From the IMG/VR virus record IMGVR_UViG_3300027847_001698: a DNA stretch of 64,000 nucleotides; one strand, 5' to 3'. How positions within the stretch are numbered: the first letter of the stretch is position 1; every line of letters begins with the position of its first letter. The DNA comes from a virus (lineage: Duplodnaviria; Caudoviricetes). The notes below the pieces were generated by a model that had not been told where the DNA came from, ran no database searches, and was given only the letters and a program-made list of their open reading frames with translations. Positions 38,194 through 46,659 of this stretch are shown piece by piece. A program made the position numbers and the translations under genes.

Positions 38194-38602
38194 ACAACTT
38201 TACATTGATTAATTCTAATCCTGAAGTTGGCGGTAAATTGTCGTTGACTTGTTCAAAGCACCACCTTGATAATTCTTCTGCTGTTGGGATAAATGGAACT
38301 TTTATAAGATTCCATGTGTCCTTAAATGGTTCAAACATTTCAGCTATCTCTTTGTCATTCTCGTAATAAATAAATCCATGATCTAATACATCATGTACAT
38401 ATGTTGTCATTACATCTTTCAAATCCCCAAAATCAATAACCATTCCTTGTTCAGATGAGCCTGATTCGCTATTTAGATATCCTGAAACTGTACATTCTAG
38501 TCTATATCTATGACCATGGGGATTTCTACATTTACTTTTATGATTAGGGACTCTGTGACCTGCATCAAATTCTATAATTTTAGTTATTCTAATCATCTTC
38601 AC
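38156..38602 (-). CDS. queD: 6-carboxy-5,6,7,8-tetrahydropterin synthase QueD
   Basis: FDAGHRV...CRNPHGHRY, VIDFGDLK, LDHGF, PTAEEL, FETPNSWA. Confidence 0.95.
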   Translation of the reverse strand: MKMIRITKIIEFDAGHRVPNHKSKCRNPHGHRYRLECTVSGYLNSESGSSEQGMVIDFGDLKDVMTTYVHDVLDHGFIYYENDKEIAEMFEPFKDTWNLIKVPFIPTAEELSRWCFEQVNDNLPPTSGLELINVKLFETPNSWAQYGM

Positions 38603-38906
38603 TTTTTATTTGGTTTTTATTATTCTGTTCTTTTATTTTCTCTAATAAATCATCATACACAATAGCTAAATTGTCAGTTGGTAAAAAACACATACATTCA
38701 CTCTTCTTCCAAATGTATCTGTCATGTTTAGATGCTTTAACAAAAGCAGGAAATGATAACTCTAAATTATTATCAACGAATTTTACTTCTATTATATTAG
38801 TACATATATATTGATCAACATGTTCGTCTACGACTGTTACTATTAACGTCATTGCGCCATATTGAATTAAAATTACTTTTTTCATTTCAAATATTTCTCC
38901 TTCCAT
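38589..38906 (-). CDS. Hypothetical protein
   Basis: 105-aa ORF overlapping both neighbours. Confidence 0.6.
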   Translation of the reverse strand: MEGEIFEMKKVILIQYGAMTLIVTVVDEHVDQYICTNIIEVKFVDNNLELSFPAFVKASKHDRYIWKKSECMCFLPTDNLAIVYDDLLEKIKEQNNKNQIKSEDD

Positions 38907-40189
38907 ATGTAATTAGAAAGATCAGCTAGATGAGATTCTACCTCACCCTTTAGTTGCCCAAGCCGCTGTGTATCAGTTGATATTTTAAACAGTCTAGCTA
39001 ATGTATACTTGTCAAACAAACCTTTTAGGATATCCTCAGAGCAAGAGATAGCGGACGATATGTTAGTTATCACCTTATCTAAATCATTTGGATTAGACTT
39101 CAATTCAATGCTCAAATGGGGTTTAATTTTGCCAATTAATGTTAGCTCATCTATTGCAACTTGGAACGCTTTGGTCTTTTTGATTAAATGATTTTTTACA
39201 ACATTAGTAAATACAGAATGAACATTCTTAAGCATTTGATCAATACTTACCAATATTACTTTTCCATCTGTATTACACATGTGACATTCATACGTCACAG
39301 ATCCAATCATCACATCATTCAATTTCTTCACAACTTGTTCAATCTTTAACATTCTAGGCTTTACTATCGTAAATCTAACCTTTGTAGATGTTCTTGATTC
39401 ATCCTGCCAACCAAGTGATTTATCAATAGTAATTTCCTTATTGAACTTTTTTAGAATTGCAGTAAATGTTTTCGATGGGGGGATAGATTCAATAACAACT
39501 GATTTGGTATCAATCTTTTTAAATTTCCCTTTGAATTCAAGTTTTGCTCTTCCTGTTGTGAGTAATGTTTCCAATTCTTCGTTACCTGATATAATCTTAC
39601 TAAGAGATATCGGTTTAATAATTGGCCCATCACCCTTTTTGTCATCTAAAATCCATTCTAATCGTTTTAATAAATCTTTTTGCTTAAAACTAGGAATTAA
39701 TGTTCTGTATCCAAATCCCATACCTTGACAATATGAATTTTGAGGTAATAGACAAATAGGAAACATTGTTGGCAAGAACACTGGCTCTTCTTCCATTTCC
39801 ACTTCATCATACGGAACATCTTTTATATATTCAAACGTCCTATCTAATATATCCTTTTGTAATTTTACTTCTGTGTATCTTTGTGCAGCAGGGGGATTCT
39901 GGTCAACTCCAATGTTATTACCCCAATTTCCTTGTCCTGTTGCAAATCCATTTTGTACAAGCCCAACCAATGACGAATAAGCTGATTCATCTCCATGTGG
40001 ATGATAGTGAGCAATACAATGCCCTACTATCTTGGCAGACTTTACAAAATTAGATTTGGCGACTTCATACAATGAGTACAATAGTCTCCTTTCAACTAAT
40101 TTAGCCCCATCCATAATAAACGGAAAAGATCTAAATTTGTTTATATATTGCCCATACTCAGCGTACAGATCTTTTATTATATCATCCAT
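38882..40189 (-). CDS. Type IIA DNA topoisomerase, GyrA/ParC (T4 gp52)-like subunit without CTD
   Basis: DGAKLVERR, HYHPHGDES, GQGNWG, AAQRYTE (catalytic Tyr); 435 aa. Confidence 0.93.
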   Translation of the reverse strand: MDDIIKDLYAEYGQYINKFRSFPFIMDGAKLVERRLLYSLYEVAKSNFVKSAKIVGHCIAHYHPHGDESAYSSLVGLVQNGFATGQGNWGNNIGVDQNPPAAQRYTEVKLQKDILDRTFEYIKDVPYDEVEMEEEPVFLPTMFPICLLPQNSYCQGMGFGYRTLIPSFKQKDLLKRLEWILDDKKGDGPIIKPISLSKIISGNEELETLLTTGRAKLEFKGKFKKIDTKSVVIESIPPSKTFTAILKKFNKEITIDKSLGWQDESRTSTKVRFTIVKPRMLKIEQVVKKLNDVMIGSVTYECHMCNTDGKVILVSIDQMLKNVHSVFTNVVKNHLIKKTKAFQVAIDELTLIGKIKPHLSIELKSNPNDLDKVITNISSAISCSEDILKGLFDKYTLARLFKISTDTQRLGQLKGEVESHLADLSNYIWKEKYLK

Positions 40190-40369
40190 TTATATCTCAA
40201 TTATTGGTTGTCCATCCACCAATCCTAGTTTTGGGGCGTCTCCGTCTTTAACATATATTTCAGAGATATCTAAATAATCTTCTTCGTCCCCATCAAATAC
40301 AACAGCTTCCATGTCTAATTGTTCTTCATCCATCTCACCCAACCATTCCTTCAACTCACGGTATATCAT
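40190..40369 (-). CDS. Small acidic protein (59 aa, below ORF-track cut-off) between the topoisomerase subunits
   Basis: MIYRELKEWLGEMDEEQLDMEAVVFDGDEEDYLDISEIYVKDGDAPKLGLVDGQPIIEI; start overlaps the upstream stop and its stop abuts the downstream ATG. Confidence 0.75.
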   Translation of the reverse strand: MIYRELKEWLGEMDEEQLDMEAVVFDGDEEDYLDISEIYVKDGDAPKLGLVDGQPIIEI

Positions 40370-42171
40370 ACTAACTTCCTTTTTTCCTCTGACTTTAACA
40401 TCAAGTCAAAAATACCATTACAATCTTTAGGGTAAGCAATCCTAACCAACCTTCTAGTTTTCTCATCTAATAAGCAAACTTGTAATTGGTCTGGATTCAT
40501 TTCACCTAAACCCTTATATCTCTGGATCTTACAGCTAGTATGTTTTTTCTTAAATACGTCTACTTCTTCTTGGGTGTATAACGGGACAAATTTTCCTTTT
40601 AATGTTGAACCGTATAACGGAAGAACTGCTTTATATATGTATCCATTTCTCAATAAATCAGGAACTAGTTTTAACAACACCGTCATTAATAATACAGAAA
40701 TATGTGCGCCATCTGCATCTGCATCTGTTGACACAATAAACTTCCCATATCTAATACCTTCTATATCAAAATCTGGAACATGCCCTGTACCTAAAGCATT
40801 TATCATTTCAATGATTTCTTTATTCTTAAGAAAATCCTTTTTATCATCTGCTATATTTGGTATCTTACCTCTAAGGGGCAATACGGCATGAATCCTAGGA
40901 TTTCTACACATCAACAATGATCCACCAGCCGATTGACCTTCTAATACAAAAAGTTCAGACTCAGAAACATTATGTGTTGTACAATCTCGTAATTTAGAAT
41001 CAACTACTGAATTGAGTCTAGTTACTTGCTTTCCAGTTTTTACAATCTTCTTGCTTGAGTCTTTTTTCTTTCTATAGGAAACAAAAAATTCAAGAAGTTG
41101 ATTTCTAACATCAGGATTTGCAGCTAATTCCTTTTTGAATATAGCTTCAGCTTTAGAATATAGATGAGCTAATTTAGTCCTCGGAGTTGATAACTTTTCC
41201 TTTGTTTGAGAACTATATGATGGCTCGTATAACATTATAGATGTATAACATCTAAATCCAAGCAACGAATCAGTTTTATTAAATTCTATCTTCTCTTTCT
41301 TGGCTTCATTCTCTAATACATTTCTAATAATATCATTTGTGCTATTTACGTGTCCACCATGATTAACACTTAGTATATTAACACATCCTAAATGTTTAGC
41401 AGTTACCGATCCTTCTAACTCCCAACAAAATCGAATATCAAGGGTTTCATCTTTTTGTGAAGTGGAGATATTAAATACTTTACTAATAGAATCTTCACTT
41501 CCACCTAACACATCCTCTTTAAAGAAAGAGTCTAAATCACAATCTATAACTTCTTTCTTTTTATCTACTATAAGTATTAACTTAAGATCATTAAGATGAA
41601 TTGATGCTACTCTAAGTCTCGCCCTAATATCATCTAAATTAAAAATCAATCCTTCAAAGTATTTTTTACTGGGCTTGAATTTTATTTGAGTTGCAAATGG
41701 CCGTTTAGCTGAATCAAAATCTTCTTCTGTATGTTTTGCTACTTCTGCATCTTCAAATCTATAAAAGACATGTTTATCATCTCGATAAACTTCTACTTCC
41801 ATAAAATCACTTAATGCAGTAACAGCAACAATACCAATACCATGAAGACCAGATGCTATCTTGTATACACCACTTTCGCCTTTAGAAAATTTTCCACCAG
41901 AAAACAACTGAGTGGCAATCGTAGGAATGGTGTCATTCTCAAATGGAATTCCTCTTCCATTATCTGCAACGGTGACAGTATGTTTCTTACTATCAATTTG
42001 CACTCCTATAATATCGGAATAGCCACCTTGTGCTTCATCTAATGAATTATCTAATAGCTCATATATCAAATGGTTCGGACATGTCGTATCACCGATATAC
42101 ATTCCCGGATGCTTTCTAATATGATCTAATTGCTCTAATACTTGAATACTTTCGTGTGTATAATCAGACAT
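40366..42171 (-). CDS. Type IIA DNA topoisomerase, GyrB/ParE-like subunit
   Basis: HIRKHPGMYIG, ELLDNSLDE, DNGRGIP, GLHGIG, VLEGQSAGGS, PLRGKI, TDADADG, RYKGLGEM. Confidence 0.95.
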   Translation of the reverse strand: MSDYTHESIQVLEQLDHIRKHPGMYIGDTTCPNHLIYELLDNSLDEAQGGYSDIIGVQIDSKKHTVTVADNGRGIPFENDTIPTIATQLFSGGKFSKGESGVYKIASGLHGIGIVAVTALSDFMEVEVYRDDKHVFYRFEDAEVAKHTEEDFDSAKRPFATQIKFKPSKKYFEGLIFNLDDIRARLRVASIHLNDLKLILIVDKKKEVIDCDLDSFFKEDVLGGSEDSISKVFNISTSQKDETLDIRFCWELEGSVTAKHLGCVNILSVNHGGHVNSTNDIIRNVLENEAKKEKIEFNKTDSLLGFRCYTSIMLYEPSYSSQTKEKLSTPRTKLAHLYSKAEAIFKKELAANPDVRNQLLEFFVSYRKKKDSSKKIVKTGKQVTRLNSVVDSKLRDCTTHNVSESELFVLEGQSAGGSLLMCRNPRIHAVLPLRGKIPNIADDKKDFLKNKEIIEMINALGTGHVPDFDIEGIRYGKFIVSTDADADGAHISVLLMTVLLKLVPDLLRNGYIYKAVLPLYGSTLKGKFVPLYTQEEVDVFKKKHTSCKIQRYKGLGEMNPDQLQVCLLDEKTRRLVRIAYPKDCNGIFDLMLKSEEKRKLV

Positions 42172-42340
42172 ATTATGTACTAAAACTATTTCTGCAAATC
42201 ATCTGAATCTCCTTAATAAATTTCCTTCAATTCTTATTTCTTATACACTATATTAATCCCATACATATGACTGTTCAACTAACAAGAATTTATTATTCAT
42301 CTTTTTTTACACCAGATCCAATTATCTATATTTAACCATA

Positions 42341-42371
42341 CCCCTATCAAATTAGTTATATTCGATAGGGG
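42341..42371 (-). terminator. Stem-loop, probable terminator after the lipoprotein gene
   Basis: Minus strand CCCCTATCGAAT-ATAACTA-ATTTGATAGGGG (12-bp stem with one G-U pair); weak U tract. Confidence 0.5.
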
Positions 42372-42395
42372 ACATGTGGTTAATCTTCCAATTCA

Positions 42396-42686
42396 TCAAT
42401 TTTCAGTTTCGGGGACTGAATCGTTCTCACCAATTAAACCATCTATTATTTTATCAACTCCTTTATTGATAATGCCAGCAGCATCTTTCCTTGTAACGTT
42501 AGTATCTGAATTTCGGATAACAACAAATACGTCCTCATTCTGTCTACCTTCGTAAGTAAATTTTCTTACTGGGTCACCAGGAGCATCTAAACTAAGAGTT
42601 CCAAACCCTGGAAGAGTTGTTGTTAAACAGCCACTTGTTAAAAACAAACAACCAATCAACCCCACTACAAATATTACCTTTTTCAT
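42396..42686 (-). CDS. Putative lipoprotein
   Basis: MKKVIFVVGLIGCLFLTSG-C signal peptide with lipobox; RBS AGGAGA. Confidence 0.7.
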   Translation of the reverse strand: MKKVIFVVGLIGCLFLTSGCLTTTLPGFGTLSLDAPGDPVRKFTYEGRQNEDVFVVIRNSDTNVTRKDAAGIINKGVDKIIDGLIGENDSVPETEN

Positions 42687-42753
42687 AAAACGTCTCCCTA
42701 TATCTTTTGACTATTCTTTATAGTTATATGTTCTTTAAATTTTAAATCTAACT

Positions 42754-43806
42754 TTAAGTAACTAAATCTGCATTTGCAAGATATGTCTGACCATCATGAT
42801 CAACAATCTGTTCGCTGAAATCACCACTCATCATTGGACAAGTCCAATTACAACCTTTACAATAATGTTTATAGTCATACTTGATAGCATCTAGTAACTT
42901 GTCAGTGAAAACTCCGTCTGATGAAATGATATCATCTACATCTTTAATTAATGGAGATGCAACTCCCTTAACTCTAAGACACAATCTAAAACTTCCATCT
43001 GGTTCTATACTAACATTATGGAGATCTTTATTTAATGTACATTTCATCTTACTAGGGAGATATTTATATAACTCATCTAGTAATCCGGGAATATGTACTA
43101 GTAATTCCCCACTATCTGCTCCTGCTTTCAACTCATCAAAAATATCTCTGATCTCTTGATCCTGTGGGAGTAGAACTTCTGCTCCAACATTTGAGAAATC
43201 ATAATAAGGAGTTTTTTGATCATCTACAGCAGTTATTGAACTATAGATTCCTTTATCTGTTAATTCCTTTACCATCGTCAAGATGTAGGGAATTGATTCT
43301 TTCATTATGGTGATCTCTGCAACTACATCATCCGATATGCCATCTTTTTTCATAACAGCAAGATTCTCTAATCCCCATCTAGACTTCTTTGCAATATCAT
43401 CATTTCTACCAGGAATGAATGCTACAGGATCAACTGATGAAGTGAATCCTTTAAACTTTCCATACTTCTCATATACCTGATAAATCTTCTTTTTAGCTGC
43501 TGGAGTATTATTTGATATGACCGTGTAATTCATTTTGGTTTCATTAAGATATTTAATGATTCCTGGAAATGATTTTACAATTGTTGGCTCTCCGCCATAA
43601 ATTATGAGAAATACATGAGGATTATTTGCTCTAAGTCTTTCGAATATAGGAATCCATCCATCTGCATCTAATTCAGCTTTATGATAAGCTCTCATTAAAG
43701 GATATTCTTCTGGCATATCCTCATAATCTTTTACAATATTACAATACGAACATGCCAAGTTACAATGTCTTGTAATAAGGATATTTGCTATCCATACTTT
43801 ATTCAT
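42754..43806 (-). CDS. Radical SAM protein with Cys-rich C-terminus
   Basis: CNLACSYC (CxxxCxxC), YGGEP, ISNN, C-terminal C...C...CKGCNWTC (SPASM/Twitch-like). Confidence 0.88.
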   Translation of the reverse strand: MNKVWIANILITRHCNLACSYCNIVKDYEDMPEEYPLMRAYHKAELDADGWIPIFERLRANNPHVFLIIYGGEPTIVKSFPGIIKYLNETKMNYTVISNNTPAAKKKIYQVYEKYGKFKGFTSSVDPVAFIPGRNDDIAKKSRWGLENLAVMKKDGISDDVVAEITIMKESIPYILTMVKELTDKGIYSSITAVDDQKTPYYDFSNVGAEVLLPQDQEIRDIFDELKAGADSGELLVHIPGLLDELYKYLPSKMKCTLNKDLHNVSIEPDGSFRLCLRVKGVASPLIKDVDDIISSDGVFTDKLLDAIKYDYKHYCKGCNWTCPMMSGDFSEQIVDHDGQTYLANADLVT

Positions 43807-43810
43807 ACTA

Positions 43811-44059
43811 TCATCCTAATTCTGTTCTAGTATTGCGTCCGTCTACAATATGAAGTTCACCCATCATATCTTTAATAAAACTTGTTACATCATTGTGATA
43901 TATTCGTTGATTTGTCTTCGAATCAACAACAGTTACACTTGAAAAATCAAGGAGATATTCTAATTTTTGTTTCTTCTGTTGTACAATAAGTCGACTAATA
44001 CAAGGTATCGGAACCGACAGTGGAGGATCATCTTTAACTCTAGCATTTTTTCTTGCCAT
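43811..44059 (-). CDS. Hypothetical protein
   Basis: 82-aa ORF with upstream AAGGTGA. Confidence 0.6.
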   Translation of the reverse strand: MARKNARVKDDPPLSVPIPCISRLIVQQKKQKLEYLLDFSSVTVVDSKTNQRIYHNDVTSFIKDMMGELHIVDGRNTRTELG

Positions 44060-44122
44060 AAAATTATCACCTTGTTAACAAATTAATTAATCTTATTAAT
44101 AGGCCATATGTGATCTAAACTA

Positions 44123-44971
44123 TTATAAACCCAAATCAAGTTCCACATCAAGTTCATCTACAACTGAATCAACAACATCCGTTGAATTATCCTCAAATGT
44201 AGGAGCATCATCGTCAACAGATGTCTGCCTTGAATGTCCCCCACTGCCACCATCAACATTGCCAGATAAATCAAACTGCAACTTAAATGGATCTTGCCAT
44301 TTAGACGCCTTCTGGACTATTGATTCTACTGACTTGTCTGGTAACTTCTTGTCTAATGAAAACCCAAATACACTTTTCTTGCCATAATCACTATCAACTG
44401 AATTACGTGTAACTTTAGTTATGAAACGTCTAGGTGTAATGACCGACTCTTCAAACGCATCAGTTCCATCAGATAAATTATCTAACTCCTTAGCCCTCTC
44501 TGAAATTTGATTCAAGAATTCAATAACTGGTCCTACTTTAAGACCATTACACTTGAAAAATATCAAAGCTGCACGTTCGGGATCAGTTTTATCTAGAATT
44601 GGCTTTCCTGCACTATTAACCGCTGCACCAGCTATAACATAATAACATCTAGCTTCCGGAGGATAATTTGGATCCGAATCTGGATCTGCCGAAAAATAAG
44701 TTAGTTTATCTCTATCTCCTAACTTCGTATATGCAGCTCTATACTTGTGTATGAATAACACAATAAAACTAACTTCATCTTCATTTCTAAATACATATTT
44801 TTCATCTACATCTCTAGAATCAAACATACCCGGCCATATTGAATGTAACTTGTGTAATTGTTGTTCATCTCTTTCCTGGCCTGAAATGAAACATGAAATA
44901 AACGGTCCGGACTCTTTTCTTGTAGCAATCGACGTTTCAGCCAGATGCCCATATTCTTCTGCTTTAATCAT
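44123..44971 (-). CDS. Probable single-stranded DNA-binding protein
   Basis: Beta-rich core, Gly/Ser linker, strongly acidic tail ending DELDVELDLGL. Confidence 0.6.
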   Translation of the reverse strand: MIKAEEYGHLAETSIATRKESGPFISCFISGQERDEQQLHKLHSIWPGMFDSRDVDEKYVFRNEDEVSFIVLFIHKYRAAYTKLGDRDKLTYFSADPDSDPNYPPEARCYYVIAGAAVNSAGKPILDKTDPERAALIFFKCNGLKVGPVIEFLNQISERAKELDNLSDGTDAFEESVITPRRFITKVTRNSVDSDYGKKSVFGFSLDKKLPDKSVESIVQKASKWQDPFKLQFDLSGNVDGGSGGHSRQTSVDDDAPTFEDNSTDVVDSVVDELDVELDLGL

Positions 44972-45165
44972 TTAAAAACTCCATAAGAAAAATAACTGAA
45001 TGGTTTTATAATCTCCATAACTTATCAACAATCTATAAACTACATCTTCTTGGTTTTGCTTATTAAATACAAAATCCCGATGTAATCAACAGATAACGGG
45101 TCATAACTTATTTCTTCAATCGTAAATTAATATATATGGACTATCAATCTAAAACCAAGTAAAGT

Positions 45166-45405
45166 TTATGGTTGTACAAACGATACAAGATTTTGAGGAT
45201 TAGTAAAATCTATAGTTATATTAGGTGCAGTAGCGGCAGTAACAGTTTCTAACAATCTAGTTATTCTGTTATCTAATTTACAAGGAATGATTATTTCAGA
45301 CTGATCTACAAACTTGAAATATACTTGGTCCATTGATGGCTGAACTGCCATTACGTCACAGTTATTTCTAGTAACGGTCATGCCATGTGTCATAATTGTT
45401 AACAT
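45166..45405 (-). CDS. Hypothetical protein
   Basis: 79-aa ORF coupled to the upstream gene. Confidence 0.6.
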   Translation of the reverse strand: MLTIMTHGMTVTRNNCDVMAVQPSMDQVYFKFVDQSEIIIPCKLDNRITRLLETVTAATAPNITIDFTNPQNLVSFVQP

Positions 45406-45407
45406 TT

Positions 45408-46025
45408 TTATTCTACTCCTGTTTGGATTGCGATTTTATTTTCTACAATTTTAGTTTTATATTTCATTATTAATTTAACAACTGTATTGAACACATCTTC
45501 TTTTGATCCAGTTATTAGATAATAATAAACATGTTTGGGTATTGAGTTCTTAAGTTTTTTTATATTATTTATAAACGAATTATAATATAAATCTAGATAT
45601 TCTAAAAGTGTTTCTCTATCATGCATAAAAAATTTATAATCATCAGCAGGAATAGCTCTAGCTAATAAATCACTACAATCTCCTTTTTCAAAAAATCCTA
45701 ATAATACAGTCAAAATTAAACCAGGTTTATTAACTGAATATCTATCTATCAGAAGATCTTCTAGTGTAGTTAACCCGTATATCGTTATTAATTTCTCCAT
45801 ACAAATATTGTAAAAGTTATATAGTGCATCTTGATCTAATTCTTTTAAAATATCATTTAAAAATAGATCTATATTATACGCACATTCCACAGTACCTATA
45901 GTTTCAGAGATAGAATCAACTCTATACTGAGCTTCCCCAGCCAGAATTGCTGACTCTTGATCTCTAGAATCATCCTCTCTAAAAGGATTAACTACAATAG
46001 ATCTATAATATTCTAATGATTCCAT
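45408..46025 (-). CDS. Hypothetical helical protein
   Basis: 205-aa ORF. Confidence 0.7.
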   Translation of the reverse strand: MESLEYYRSIVVNPFREDDSRDQESAILAGEAQYRVDSISETIGTVECAYNIDLFLNDILKELDQDALYNFYNICMEKLITIYGLTTLEDLLIDRYSVNKPGLILTVLLGFFEKGDCSDLLARAIPADDYKFFMHDRETLLEYLDLYYNSFINNIKKLKNSIPKHVYYYLITGSKEDVFNTVVKLIMKYKTKIVENKIAIQTGVE

Positions 46026-46290
46026 CTTTAATATTTATTCTCATTTTGTTAAAAAACATTCTTTTAAGATTAAAAAAACAGGGGAAGAGATTTAATGTAT
46101 AATACAACACCACAAGATAATACAACCCACTCCTGTTATCTTATGAAAATATATATAGTATGATACCATATATAAGGCATAGCCCCAGAACAAATCATCC
46201 AGAATAACATTAACGAAAATAAAATATATATTATCCAAAACTGGGTCTACTTATGTTATTATTCAATATAATAACCGCAGGAGACATATC

Positions 46291-46659
46291 ATGTCAGAAG
46301 AAACAATGGCAGTCGAAGAAGTTACAAAAATAGTCTTAGGTGACTATGGTTGGTTATTTCTAGTTGGTATCATTGTATTAATGAGCAGATCACTGATTAC
46401 TAATATAGTAGCATCAATGATGATTCGTGGCCCTAAATTTTCAGAATTAGATATAATATTTATATCTGGCAGAAAAGCAATGATACTAAATATAGGAATA
46501 AGGAAAACTTCGTTTTATATGTATGATAGACAAACGTTAATGATAGTTCCTAATGAAAAATTAAATTCATTAACTATAGAAGTTGTAGCAGCAGGAATAG
46601 AATTACCTGATCGTCTTAATGGTCATGATAAACCAAAAGACGAAGTAATTTTAGACTAA
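46291..46659 (+). CDS. Small membrane protein with MscS-like beta domain
   Basis: RBS AGGAG; one or two TM segments, then ELDIIFISGRKAMILNIGIRKT...LMIVPNEKL, matching the MscS middle-domain pattern. Confidence 0.6.
   Translation: MSEETMAVEEVTKIVLGDYGWLFLVGIIVLMSRSLITNIVASMMIRGPKFSELDIIFISGRKAMILNIGIRKTSFYMYDRQTLMIVPNEKLNSLTIEVVAAGIELPDRLNGHDKPKDEVILD

Noticed and set aside
42754-43806. Firm annotation as queE
   Set aside because: It lacks the QueE-specific N-terminal pattern and is longer, with an extra Cys cluster; kept only as a hypothesis.
46030-46290. Possible small hydrophobic minus-strand ORF in the AT-rich gap
   Set aside because: About 48 codons with a TTG start and no RBS; hydrophobicity is expected from AT-rich sequence.
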